In this document: one piece after another, positions 49,097-61,732 of the stretch
Layout of the letters: every line of letters starts with the position of its first letter
Position numbering within the stretch: the stretch's first letter is position 1
NCBI GenBank assembly: GCA_001179505.1
Contig: CDMY01000377.1
Span: 30,800 to 94,799, forward strand
Source of the DNA: Vitrella brassicaformis CCMP3155
Lineage: Eukaryota; Protista; Chromerida
Direction: 5' to 3'
Length of the DNA: 64,000 bases
Program-made: the position numbers and the translations under genes
The notes under the pieces: model-generated
What the model was told of the DNA's origin: nothing
Databases searched by the model: none
The model's input: only the letters and a program-made list of their open reading frames with translations

Positions 49097-49561
49097 TGCT
49101 TTCGAAAGTGTCGATCACAACATAGTTCCTTCGTTCGGTCGGACACCCCTGGCTGGCTGGCTGCCTGCCTCCATCAATCAGGACAAAGGGGTCACCACAT
49201 GAGCTTGGTCACGGCCCAGAGCGACATTAACTCGCTCGTACGTCTGTGATTTCATGCATCGTGTTGGATTCGTCCACTCCCAACATGCACGCAATGCGAT
49301 TCTGTATGCTCTCAGTCAGCGAACCTTGTGGACGTGATGTGTGTGGGGGCATTTTTTCACGGACGTGCATTGGGCGAAACGAACCGACTTTGGTCGACAA
49401 GATGTGATCATGTCATCAATCTATTCACTCATTGATAAAACCGAGAGCGCCCTTCACGCACTCAGTCACGTCAGCCATTTAAAGCCGCTCCGCCCCCCTC
49501 CACCACTCACACACTGCCCGGCCAGGATACGGCAACACGACCCCTATCAAGCCGACAACCC

Positions 49562-50662
49562 TCACCCCACCACCCTCCCCCTGTCGATGACGTCACTCTC
49601 GAGACCGAATCGCCGCAGCACACGGCGGCACAGGGGCTCCGAAATGGGGAAGCGGTGGGCGAGCGGATGAGACCGATCCGCACCAGGTGCCTCGGTCGTC
49701 CGCAGCATGATAATGTCATACCCGATCCAGAGGCCAGTCGTACTGACCGACACCTGCAGATGGGCAGCGACGGTCTCGCCCGGCCGGAAGCCGCTCACAA
49801 TCACATAACGCCGGTCAGTCGCACCAGCATTCAGATGGCCCCCATCACAGCGGTAGTCGACAGCGATGCCCTGATCCTCTGTGATGGCATCGGTCCCTCG
49901 CAGTCGGTCATAGCGACGGTCGATGAGTTGATGCACCACCTTCCTGTGACTCACCCCCTCTCCACCCGACCACCAGGAGAGCAGCCTGGCCATCAGGTAT
50001 GCCGAGAATGAGCGGGAAAACAATGCACCCCAGCGGATGACGGGGTCGGTCCGCTTGTAGCCCTCAGCATAGCGATGGCCGCTCGGCAGCTCATCCAACG
50101 GCACCACACGAAACGACTCATTGCCAATCCGATAGGCCCCGTTGTCGGCATGCTGCAGCGCCAGGCTGTGTGTGTGGTGTGTGAGCAGGTGGCCGATTAT
50201 CTTGTAGATGGCCATGGCGAGTGGCAGCTGGTGGAAGGCCGCTGCTGTGGGCAGCGAGTCGGCCGACAGCTGAAGGGGCCGCGTCGCATTTGCAGGGGTC
50301 AGCCGGTAGATGAAGGCCATCCGAAGGAACCGCCCCATTGCCCGCCACTCCTCGCCACTACCCCGCTCCAGCACGTAGACCACCTTCAAGCCGGCCCCCA
50401 CATCACCGCCAATGTCGAAGGCCAACACGTCGGCCAGCCCGAGACGACTGATGGCCTTGTCGATGTGCTGCTCGACGAGCATTAGGATCTCGGCCACTTC
50501 GCCGGCATTGCTGCCATTGATCTGTAAGTGGAGTGCGGCGCGTCTGTTGGGGTCAGCGGACATGGCCATGTCGGCGGCCTTGCTGATGGCTGCGCTGCGC
50601 AGCGGGGGGACTGCCACCAGAGGGGCGGTGGGGGGCCGGCCGTTGGCAGGCCGGGACGACAT
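49562..50662 (-). CDS. Family A2 protein, intact and intronless
   Basis: ORF from MSSRPANGRPP to FGLESDVIDRGRVVG*. Confidence 0.85.
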   Translation of the reverse strand: MSSRPANGRPPTAPLVAVPPLRSAAISKAADMAMSADPNRRAALHLQINGSNAGEVAEILMLVEQHIDKAISRLGLADVLAFDIGGDVGAGLKVVYVLERGSGEEWRAMGRFLRMAFIYRLTPANATRPLQLSADSLPTAAAFHQLPLAMAIYKIIGHLLTHHTHSLALQHADNGAYRIGNESFRVVPLDELPSGHRYAEGYKRTDPVIRWGALFSRSFSAYLMARLLSWWSGGEGVSHRKVVHQLIDRRYDRLRGTDAITEDQGIAVDYRCDGGHLNAGATDRRYVIVSGFRPGETVAAHLQVSVSTTGLWIGYDIIMLRTTEAPGADRSHPLAHRFPISEPLCRRVLRRFGLESDVIDRGRVVG

Positions 50663-51345
50663 CGCTACCAGGGAGTGGTCTGGATGGAGAGGCACACACA
50701 TGGGAATCAGACCAAGTGAATTAGACGGCGGGATGCTCACCGTCAAAGCTGGGCGAGATGGCAGCAATCGTCACGAACCGCGGTGACTCTGCAGACACAC
50801 AGCAGCACACACATCTGGGGCGGACGCACGCAGCGCCATGATCACCGCACAGCCTCACCGATGTCACTCAGTCACGAGAGCCGTGCGATGGCGAGGCCCT
50901 CACAGAATCGCAGACAAAGCGATGTAATGAGTTCGTTATGCGGAAGTCGTCACCGTGGCAGTAGGGCGAGGCGGGACGTGCTTGAGATCTGCAGGCGGCC
51001 ACCAGACACGAAGCAGTAGCCATTATCTGAAGCTTCTTTTGGCTTCTTCTGCCTCTCTGGCTGCCATCTCACCCTCCAGTGAGCTGCAAAGGCTCCAAAT
51101 GCTCCAGAGGCGCCGATCGGTCTGCGAGCTTGGCGCAATTCTTCCCCTTCAGCCCTTTTCCCCCCCTCTTCTCCGGTGCAACATGGCGATGGTGGGTCTG
51201 TGTGACATACACAAAGACGCGCTGTGATGATATCAATCGGCACAGATGTCGGCATCATCGCTCTGGCTGCAGTGATCTGGACGTATTGAGGTGCAAAGGG
51301 AGAACAAGAAGGACCGAAGGCATGGAGGATGACAGGGAAATGTGA

Positions 51346-51381
<36 letters not shown>

Positions 51382-51453
51382 CGTGTGTGGCAGAACTGCG
51401 ACTCACAGGCGGTTCTGACCCGATCAAGACGTCGGCATGTTAAACCCGTGGCG

Positions 51454-52976
51454 ATGGCTGAAGGCCTTATTCACGGTGAGCCGAGCGACGAAAGCGCCAG
51501 CATGCATACATTCGTGATGCCTGTCGGTCGGCGGGGGTTGCAGACATTGGCTGCGCGTGACGGAGGCGCCAGCTCTGAGGCATCAGCTAATGTCCCTTCT
51601 ATGGTGGAACCAGCCGTCAGTGCCGCTGACGTGCCGCAAGATGTCGCACTCACCATCGCCGAGTACGTTAGGAGCTACTCGCAGCTGGAGGCCCTCATCG
51701 ACGCCCACCCCACCCAATTCACCTCCGCCCTCCTGCTACCCATCCTCACACGACTGCTGCCCGTTGTCGTGGAAGGCAGCTTCGGCAGCGTGGTGGATGT
51801 GCCCGTCCCTCAGCTGAGCCAGGACGCGGCCGTTGTTGTGGCCATCACACGACGGCTAATGATGCTGGAGTATGGCCGCGATTTGTCGAGGTGGCGGCCT
51901 CATTTGGAGCTGCTCTATCACATACGCGGCAAGCGGCCAGTGGTGCTGGGCGATGAGCACTTCAGCGCGTTTGACAGCCGGGCGGCCTTCATCGGCGAGA
52001 CCGAGGCGGTCCGCCAGTGGAAAATACTCAGCCGAGGCGTGACTGTTCGTTGTATGTCGTATCGCTGTTGTCGGCACCAACAGATGAGGCTGATGGACGG
52101 CAATGCTATTCGCCTTCATCGCTGTGGCTATCGCCTCCCCGCCCTCCTCACCTCTGCCAGCCCCCTCTTCCCTCACGACACATTCGTCGACGCCGCCGAC
52201 CCGCCCACACAGCTGGACGGCTACGTCTACGCACTTACGCTTCTATGGTGGCGTTCATCGTCTTCAGATGGCTTTGGTATGGCGGCTACATCAGTTTCTC
52301 CGGAGGCTCAGCGTGGGGCTCTGACTGTCCTTCTCGTTCTGCCGCATCTCTACGTATGGGTGAGCTGCTGGCGGCCCCCCTCAGCGGTGAGGCACAGTGG
52401 GGGGNNNNNNNNNNNNNNNNNNNNNNNNNNNNNNNNNNNNNNNNNNNNNNNNNNNNNNNNNNNNNNNNNNNNNNNNNNNNNNNNNNNNNNNNNNNNNNNN
52501 NNNNNNNNNNNNNNNNNNNNNNNNNNNNNNNNNNNNNNNNNNNNNNNNNNNNNNNNNNNNNNNNNNNNNNNNNNNNNNNNNNNNNNNNNNNNNNNNNNNN
52601 NNNNNNNNNNNNNNNNNNNNNNNNNNNNNNNNNNNNNNNNNNNNNNNNNNNNNNNNNNNNNNNNNNNNNNNNNNNNNNNNNNNNNNNNNNNNNNNNNNNN
52701 NNNNAGGGGGGGGGGGGGGGGGCGGCCGTGTTCGACAGGCGTGTGGAGGTACACCATGAGCGGCTGGTGGTCTTGGGCGGTGAGCTGATGGGCGAGGGCG
52801 ACATGGTACTCATTCGGCTGGAGGATTGGGGAGATAAGTGCCATGTCGATGTCCACAAGACCTGGTCTCTTCCCTTCGACCGCGCGCGCACTGCCGTGAA
52901 GGGTATGCTGGGGGAGCATCTGGGGGGCGCGGTGTGGGGGGAGGGAAGTGGGTCGATCGGATGCATTGTGATGTAG
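51454..52976 (+). pseudogene. Family B copy with a -1 frameshift (spans gap 52405-52704); pseudogene or sequencing error
   Basis: Frame changes at ~52228 (GTCTACGCACTTAC vs expected GTCTACCGCACTTAC). Both frames carry B motifs. Ends LGEHLGGAVW...GCIVM*. Confidence 0.7.
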
Positions 52977-53280
52977 GCCTTGAGGGAGGGGGGCATGGCA
53001 CAGGCAGACGGACAGGCTGAGCGTCTTATGCAGTTTTGTGACTGGCGTCAGTGAATGTTTGTCTACTGTCTTTCCGTCATGTCTCCACGCACACTCGATC
53101 GCATATGCCGAACTTCAAGAGGAATTACTTACTGTACTGTACTGGCCAGTGTGACGGGAATGGAACCCATGTCTCTCGACAGCTCACAAGTCCACTTATC
53201 AATACTCCACCCCCCTCTACTCCTCACACACTGCCCCGCCAGCATACGGAAACACAACACAAATCGCCAACCAGCACCCC

Positions 53281-54405
53281 TCACCCTATTACCCTCCCCC
53301 TGTCGATGACGTCGGTCTCGAGCTCGAAGTGCCGCAGCACACGGCGCCACAGGGGGATGGACTTCGGAAAGCGCTGAGCGACCGGCTGGGACCGATCGGC
53401 AGCAGGTGCTTCGGTCGTCCGCAGCACGATATTGCCGTACCCAACCCACACGTGGGCAGCGACGGTCTCGTTGAGTCGGAATCCGCTGACTATCACATAG
53501 CGATAGTCCGTCAAAATCGCAGCATTCAGATCGCCCTGGTCAGTGCGATAGCCGATAGCGATGCTCAAATCCTCACCGATGTCGTCGGTCAGCAGACGGC
53601 CATAGCGAGGGTCATCATGGCCGATGGGTGCAGTCAGCACCGTATTGTCGCCCAGCCCCTCTTCATCCGACCATTGGGAGAGCAGTGTGCGCAAAGGGAA
53701 TGCTGAGAATGAGGGGAAGAGGAAGGCGTGCCGGCGGATGACGGGGTCGGTCCGCTTGTAGCCCTCAGCATAGCGGTGGCTGCCCGGCAGCTCACCCAAC
53801 GGCACCACACGAAACCACTGATCGCCGATCCGATAGTGTGCGCTGCCGATCTGCTGCAGCGCCAGGCTGTGTGTGTGGTGTATGAGCTGCTGTCCGATGA
53901 TCTTGTAGATGGCCATGGCGAGTGGCAGCTGGTGGAAGGCCGTGGCTGTGGGCAGTCAGTCGGCCGACAGACGAAGAGGACGCGTCGCATCAGCAGGGGT
54001 CAGCCGGTAGATGAAGGCCATCCGAAGAAACCGCCCCATCGCCCGCCACTCCTCGCCACTGCCCCGCTCCAGCAGATAGATCACCTTCAAGCCGGCCTCC
54101 GAATCACCGCCAATGTCAAAGGCCAACACGTCCGCCAGCCCAAGTTGACGGAGGGCTTTGTGGATGTGCTGCTGGACGGCGTTGAGCAGGGTGCTGTTGA
54201 CGGTCTCCGCAGTGTGGCCCAGCAGCTCCTGTTGCCGAGTGCGGGTGGCGATCTGCGAGCGGAGAGCGGCTCGTTTGGCATCGTCAGTCGCCATGGCCAT
54301 GGCGGCCATCTTGCTGATGGGCAATGACAGGTCAAAGAGGTCGGCGGGCTGGAAGAGGGCAGGGCTGGGGGGACGGGACGAGAGCGCCGCACCAGTGGGT
54401 TGCAT
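53281..54405 (-). pseudogene. Family A2 copy with a single in-frame TGA
   Basis: GAC TGA CTG CCC at 53956-53958, where the 49.6-kb copy has GAC TCG CTG CCC. Frame otherwise open. The N-terminus is nearly identical to the 36390 copy. Confidence 0.85.
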
Positions 54406-54548
54406 CGGGAGTGTCCTGAGGTCTCAGGCGAGGGATGGTGCTGAGAGATCTGCAGCCACAGGACAGACACAAACAGCTCGTGAAGCGCTTTTGAGCTTCA
54501 TCTGCCTCTCTTCCGCCCCTTTACCTTCTCCTGGGGGCGAGCCCAAGA

Positions 54549-57500
54549 AAGGGGACAGGTGTGCACCCCCCCGTGCACCGACTGTGCACCCCCGTGAAAC
54601 CTCCCCAAGTGGGTGCGAGCTTCGTGGCGGATCGATTTCCGCCTCGTGGCGAGCTAATATGGCGCTAGGGCCGCGTGAAACGCCGCAATCGGGCCCAGGG
54701 CAACCTGGGTTAGAGCCTCTGCCCGTTAATGAACTCGGGGGTACGGAATCCGGGGTCGGCACGTGGACCCGAGCGACGGGGCCACCCCGCATGGAACCCT
54801 GAACCCTTACCCTACTGTCTGAACCCTTACCCTGCTATCGATCGGTTGTGTGGTGTGGTGGATACCACTGATGGGCCACGGCTCCCAAGCCACCGCGTTG
54901 CAGCCCTCCCGGCTGCCTCAGCACGCCCGTGCCGTGCCTGTAGCGCTCACTCGATAGCCGAGCTTATCGCTGCTAGCGCCCATCTCTGGCGCATCCCGCC
55001 TCTCCAGCGCCGTCAGCCGCCCGCCGCTCACCAGATCCGGTACCTCCCTCTCACCCCCCAGCACTCAAGCGAGGCCCCCTGCCCCGCCAGCCGCCAGTGG
55101 CACTGAAACCCGGCCCGCAGCCGCCATCATCATGGCCGACCGGAAGAAGCAGGCGATGCCATGGTCTGAGTGGGAGGGGCGGCTTAAGAAGATGCACGAC
55201 TCCAACAGCAGCTCGGACATCGCTTCTCTCAAAGGCATCGCAGCCAATGATCGAGTCACGTGGGAGGTCGGGTGCATCCAGCGGTGTCCGGATTGGCAGT
55301 TCCGCACATCAGGACACTTCTTCCGCAGGGGGCAGGAGGGTGTGTGCGGCTGCGGCTATGGGCAGGCGGCGGCCATCGAGGCCTTCAAGGCCAAGCTCAA
55401 GGCCGGGCGCGTCGAGTTCGGCTCCACCGTCACCTTCGGCTTCGCCCCAGTCGACCTGTCGTCGTGCCCGCACAGGACCGGCGCCACCGTCGTGTCCCGC
55501 CCCTCTCTCCACCAGTACAAGACCATCATCGCGCTGACGGCCTTGGTGGGTGGGCGGCTGGTCGAGCGAGAGGTGCCTCCTCGCACCAAGGGCGATCCAC
55601 AGGCGGCCCAGAAGTACAAGCTCCCCGAGCAGGCACGAGAGCTGTACGACGCCATGCTGAGGTGTCCATGTCACGGCCACCCCCTTCTCGAGCAGGCGCA
55701 GCGCCCAGGGTGGTGGCAGAAAGAGTGGGACGACCGCAATGGGATGGCCAACCTGTGTGAGTGCACCAGCCACCTCGAGGCCCTGAGCCTCGTCAGGAGG
55801 GAGGGCTTGCTCGTGCAAGGAGGGGCGACGTGGAAAGGTGCGCGCGACACAGACACACGGACAGGGGCGAGTAGGGCAAGCTCTGCATTTCTGTCTTGCC
55901 TCTGCAGCTCTCCACTCAAGGGAGTCAGGATGGTCCCCTTCAGCCATCGCCCCCCCTCGCCCTCTGGCCATCGCCCCCCCTCGGCCTCTGGCGCCGCACC
56001 GCCCAACCCCAAGTAAGTCCGCGGCCACCCATCCCATCCCTAACCCTCTCATTCCCTCCATGTCTGTGTATGTGTGTGTGTGGGTGGGTGGGTGGGTAGG
56101 TGGGTGGGGCGTTCAGGACCGTTGTCGCATCAGAGTCCCCCGCCCGTCGCTGGTCGAGTCGCCATTGGGCAGCCCTGTCGTCCACGCGCCCCGGCAGTAC
56201 CACCAAACCCTTCACACCCACCACCCCTCCCATCGTCAGCGAGCCCAGCAAGGCCCCCTGCCACGCCGCAGGCAGCGGCACGCCCCCCTCCCCAGCCACC
56301 CGCAGCTGCCTCAGCTGCCTCTGGCAACGGTAACATCGATGTGCTCACCCTGCAGCTGGCGCAGAAGATGCAGCAGCTGATGCAGCAGCGCAATCTGGAC
56401 CCACACCAGATAGACGAGGTCCTGTCCATCGGCCTGCACACCCTCGGCACCAATGCCCCCCCTGCGCCAGCTCGCCCACCCACGCAGCAGCCCAAGCCGC
56501 ACCCTGCGCTTCCCAAACGCCTCTTGCCTGACACCGACAGCAGCCCACTCATCGGCAAGTGGACCGCCAAGGCCCTGGCCATCTCGGACGGGGCCAAGGG
56601 CGTCCCGGTGACGGACTGGGTGCAGAGGAAGCTCAAGGGGCCGGCGAGGCAGGACGGTGGACCAGCGCCACCGTCCTTGACGCAGCTATCCAGCAGCGGC
56701 AAGTTGGTCGAGTTCCTGCTGAAGAGCGACCAGCTGGCCGACTATCTGCTGTTCGCCAAGCTCCCGCAGCTGCAGATACGTCATCTGAAGGGCACATCGC
56801 AGAGGAGGGGCGGCATCCAGCTGCATCCGCAGCCAGGGCTGCCACCGAAGGAGGAGGACGGGGGCCCGTTCGACATGGACCAGAGGGCGGGGTGGGTACC
56901 AGCCGTGCCCATCACGTGCACCCAATGCCCCGACCCCTTCGAGTACCTCTGCGACGACCTGTTCATCGTCTTCCCGCCCGATGGCACCAAGTGCCCCTGG
57001 TGCAACATCGCTGTGCTGGCGTTCAAGGACATGAGCAAGCAAGTGCCGCGTGTCGTCATCCACTTCGACGGCACGTTCAAGATCGTCGGCGTCTTGCTCT
57101 ACTGCAGCACTTGCAAGATGTCGCGCGAGAGCACCCATCCTCGCCTAATCAGGTGACAACCACAGGGGAGCCACACGCGCGCACAGATCACCTCCCCCTG
57201 CCCGTGTCATCCCCGTGTGTGTTTTCTTGCAGCACGTACCCTTCATCGTTCCTCAGGCAGCTGCCGTGTGATCTCCACCGCTCCATGCTCTTCTCTCGCG
57301 AGTTGTCGGACTACATCATGAGGCAAGGGGGCAACAACAGCGCCAGCTTCGCACGCGTCACCGAGTACATCCGGCAGTCCCAAATCAGAGCGCGCATGTC
57401 CCTTATCGACCAGTACAACTCCCACATTCACCAGTACCGCGCCCACTTGGCATTGTCCCTCCCGGCACAAGTACACAGAGACATGACATCCCATCGCCTT

Positions 57501-60500
57501 TCTCCCTCTGTTCATCTTGCTGATGGCCGTCAGGACGTGCCCAAGGTCGAGGACTTCATGCCGATGCCGACCGACGTGTCCACTCCAGTCGACTCCACCA
57601 TCATCAGCCACTATGTGGCGGTGGGCCTGCAGAGAGAGAGCATGATGAACGCACTCATGTTGCGGCTGAAAGGCCGCATCCTTTCACAGGACTGGAAGCA
57701 CATCAAGCAGGTCAGCAACACGTGATGGCCCGCATGCATTCCCTCACCTCTGTGTCCTCTGTGTGGTGTCTGTGTGCGTCAGATGAGGAACGCAACCCAG
57801 AAGTGCCGACTCTTCACCGTCTGCAACGAAATAGGATTCGTCATCGCATGGACAGTGACCGTAGGAGAGGGGCAGGGGGAGATTCGGCACCTCCTGGGTT
57901 CCCTTCGTGACTACTTCGTCAAGGAAGGTGTCAAGCCGCCCATAGCGGTACGTGCAGAGAAAGAAACGGCCCGCCGCTTGATGTGCTCGACGTGTGTTTG
58001 ATGTGTGCGTCTTGCTGCAGGTGTACAAGGACACCGACTGCTGCCGCCAGACGGGGATATCCGTCTGGCAGGAGATGTGGCCGCAAATCCTTGAGTTGTT
58101 GGACATCTTCCACAAGGCGCAGCGGCTGGCCAAGGCTCTGCATCATGGCCACCAGCTGGAGGGGGCCTTCTGGCGTGATTGGGGAGATGTGTGTCCGCCC
58201 CTCGCCCCCACACAAGCACACAGAAAGTTGCACACATGAATACCAGTCCAGCACCTCTCCATGCATGTCTTTGGCTGTGCAGATCACTTGGCAGCTCAAC
58301 AGTGAGGACATCGACCTGCTGATCAAGGCCGTCATCCAGGATGCCAACTACCCCGACATCACCACCGTCTCTGCGGCCTGGACTTGGCTCAAGACTCAGG
58401 CACGGCATCTGCTGAACAAGCACGTCCGGAGGGGCACCTTCGACCGGTTCACCTACGCGTGGAACCTGTTGACGCTCTATGAGAAATACCAACGTAAGCC
58501 ACTTCACTCTCTCGCGACACTGAGACTTGCATTTGTGTGTGTGTTTCGCTGTCTTGTTCCTTGCCTGTCAGCCTACTCACTGTTCAATGACAAGGCGCCG
58601 CATGTGTTCTATCTCATCATGCGCCACGTCATGAATGGCTGCCTGGAGGATCCCCCAGATGGCGGCCTCTTCTACCAGACCGGGTCAGCCAACCACACAC
58701 CTACACACACACACACATCGATGCATGGATGAATCCCTCCCTCCTGCCCAGACCTCCCTCCACCCTCCCTCCTTCCTTCCCTCCCTCCCTCCCTCCCTCT
58801 CTTTCCCTCTCCATCCCTTCCTCCCTCCCTCTCTGTCTATCCCTCCCCCGCTGCCTCCCGCCCTCCTTCCCCCACAACACACAGACACACACAGCCATGG
58901 ATGGATGGATGGACTCCGCTCTGTGTGTGCAGATCCGTGCACTATGGGACAGCGAAGATCGAGCTTCCCATCTATTCCACAGCACGTGGTACGAACAAGA
59001 ACGAGTCCGTCAACTCCTTTGTTAGCGCCGCCATCCATGGCTCTGTGATGGGTACGTACGCCACGACAAGCGTGACTTGTTTCCACCGCATTAGTGCCTG
59101 CCCTTCTGTTCAGGTGCCCCCCTGATGCAAGTCAAGCTCACGCAGGCCTTCTTCGAGCACAACATGAGCAAGTCCAAGAAGCTAGGATTCGGCCACTTGC
59201 CTCTGGCCGACCCATCCATGTGTTTGGACTTCGTCGACCGTGCCTCGTCCATGCGGCTCGCCGGCAACGGCGATCGCCCAAATCTAGAGGGTATGCCAAT
59301 ACACCCAGAGGCGGGCCAATGCACCCTGGGGGATGCCCTCACGGATGCAGTGCCATCGTGCCGTGCGCTCTGTCCTGTCGTGTCTCTGTGCTGTGCAGAG
59401 ATGCACAAGTTTGTGGCCAAGTTCAGCCCAGTTGACGTGAACGAGGGGCAGAACGTGGTTTTCGGCTTTCGAGAGGCCGACTTTCGAAGGCGTCAACAAG
59501 CGCAGCAGACTGCAGGTACGCGCGAAGCACTGACATGCAGCAAAGAGACCTCGGACAGCGCATACAGGCCTTCGGTACGAATGTGTTGTATGCAGATAGT
59601 GGCCAGGGAGTGGATGAGATCAATCTGCAGGCTGATGGCGTCTTCGAGTTCGATGTCTCGGCTCAGGAGGAGGCGCCCACGGCTGCCCTGGAGGCCTTCG
59701 ATTGCAGTGGCGACCGAGCCATCAGCACCCGCCTCAACCACGTGGTCACGGCGCCACTCCTTCTCCAGCAGCCCTCCTCCCTCACCAAGGCCCCCACTCA
59801 GTCGCCCCAGTCGCTCGGCAAGCTGATGGAGAATCACAAGGCGCTCGCAGCGGACGGCATGTGGGACGACGACCATCTTCAGAAGGTCGTCGACTCTTCA
59901 GAGTCCTACTTGTCCTACTGCAACCGCTCCATCCAGCAGCTGCGAGAGAAGGCCATCCAAGCCAAGAACGGCGCTGCCAAGAATAAGGCCAATAAGCAGT
60001 CGGCCGCCGCCAGCAGCGATGGCCGCAAAAGCCTGGAGAACATGAACGCCACCGGCCCCAGCCACTACCCAGAGGTCATGCGGCAGATCCTCTTGCAGCT
60101 GGCCCGAAAGCATGGTGGGTGGCGGGGGGAGAAGGGCAAGATGGTCTTCGACGAGTTTCAAGTTATATATGCCCAGGTGAGCCGCCACGTCATGAAGGAA
60201 CAAGGATTGGTGGGCCACATCTTTCTGTTGGTTGGTTCAGGTCAAGGCTGTCAATCCAGATGCCCCCCTCCGCCAGGCCTCCCTGTTCCACATCACCGAC
60301 TTCTTCAAGAACCTCCGCACGTACTGGAACAGCTGCGACCTCGCCGCGCCGCACACAGCCGCTGAGGAGGTCCCGCGAGGCAGCAATAAGGGCCCCAGCA
60401 GGAAGCACTGCGCTCCCTACGCCGCGCACCTCAGGCAGTACCCCCACACCAGCCGCAACGTGCAGCCTGCAACCTTCTCGCCGCACGAGTCCCTCATTTC

Positions 60501-61718
60501 CCCCTCCCCACTCCGGTGACCTGCAAGACCACTCACAGACAGACAGACAGACAGGCAGACAGACAGACAGGCAGGCAGGCAGGGATGGATGCATGTGTGC
60601 GTGCGTGATACCTGCTGCCTGTTCCCTCATGCGCACGGTGGACATCAACAGGTGGTCTGCGTGGGAGAGATCGACACACAGGGAGTGTTTGATTGGTTGC
60701 TGTGTTTCCCGTGCTTTCCTTCCCTGACCATTTCCGTGGATTTCCTGTCATTTCCGGAGCAATGTCCCCTTATGCAGTCGAAGCCGGCCTAAAGGCCTTC
60801 TTGGCTCGCTTCGCTCGCCGCCTCCTCTCTCTTTCTGTTACGACCGAGGTCGCCTCGATACACTCACCCAGTCCTCCACCTGCATGCAGGCAGGGAAAAA
60901 GCCAGACAGACATACATACGATGGATGGATGGATGAATGTGTGTGTGTGTGTGTGTGTGGCTTTTGGTATCGCCCGAAAGGGGGTGAAGTCAACACGTGT
61001 GAAGGTCGTTCAGGTGTCGAATCGTGCCTTCTCTGCTAGTCAGGAATCGCTCTGCTAGGAGGGACCTTGGCCATGCGTGGCTGCAGTGATCGATGACCTG
61101 CAAGACCACTCACAGACAGACAGACAGNNNNNNNNNNNNNNNNNNNNNNNNNNNNNNNNNNNNNNNNNNNNNNNNNNNNNNNNNNNNNNNNNNNNNNNNN
61201 NNNNNNNNNNNNNNNNNNNNNNNNNNNNNNNNNNNNNNNNNNNNNNNNNNNNNNNNNNNNNNNNNNNNNNNNNNNNNNNNNNNNNNNNNNNNNNNNNNNN
61301 NNNNNNNNNNNNNNNNNNNNNNNNNNNNNNNNNNNNNNNNNNNNNNNNNNNNNNNNNNNNNNNNNNNNNNNNNNNNNNNNNNNNNNNNNNNNNNNNNNNN
61401 NNNNNNNNNNNNNNNNNNNNNNNNNNNCTTGGCCATGCGTGGCTGCAGTGATCGATGACCTGCAAGACCACTCACAGACAGACAGACAGACAGACAGACA
61501 GGCAGACAGACAGACAGGCAGGCAGGCAGGGATGGATGCATGTGTGCGTGCGTGATACCTGCTGCCTGTTCCCTCATGCGCACGGTGGACATCAACATGT
61601 GGTCTGCGTGGGAGAGATCGACACACAGGGAGTGTTTGATTGGTTGCTGTGTTTCCCGTGCTTTCCTTCCCTGACCATTTCCGTGGATTTCCTGTCATTT
61701 CCGGAGCAATGTCCCCTT
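54549..61718 (+). mobile_element. DNA transposon (DUF6729/Dada-like DDE transposase) inserted in an A/B spacer; ends approximate
   Basis: Flanks match the two halves of the uninterrupted spacer at 36061-36389 and 50960-51135. Contains a transposase-like CDS. There is a short inverted motif AAGGGGACA (54549-54557) / TGTCCCCTT (61710-61718; also 60763-60771). No target-site duplication was found. Confidence 0.75.
55132..60519 (+). CDS. Putative DDE transposase, 14 exons, roughly 1400 aa, reading frame intact
   Basis: Thirteen GT-AG introns checked by eye for phase. Zn-ribbon KCPWC...R.V...YCSTC...QLP; ILSQD (GAC 57690); CNEIGFV...EG; KPPIAVYKDTDCC (GAC 58030); LDIFH (58102-58113); GCLEDPP..LFY; LPIYSTARGTNKNES (GAG 59003). 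Confidence 0.8.
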
Positions 61719-61732
61719 ATGCAGTCGAAGCC
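60517..61732 (+). repeat. Direct duplication of the transposase 3' region (60517-60785 and 61456-61732)
   Basis: Both copies run from TGACCTGCAAGACC to TGTCCCCTTATGCAGTCGAAGCC. 61066-61127 also equals 61428-61489 across the N gap, probably an assembly overlap. Confidence 0.85.

Larger units (their letters stand above)
28212..61427. other. Six fixed-size 300-N scaffold gaps: 28212-28511, 30674-30973, 31807-32106, 37872-38171, 52405-52704, 61128-61427
   Basis: All are exactly 300 N. Paralog comparison shows the missing sequence at 28212 and 52405 is only tens of bases or less, so the lengths are placeholders. Confidence 0.95.

Noticed and set aside
28102-61698. ORFs containing poly-X runs
   Set aside because: They are artefacts of reading through 300-N gaps.
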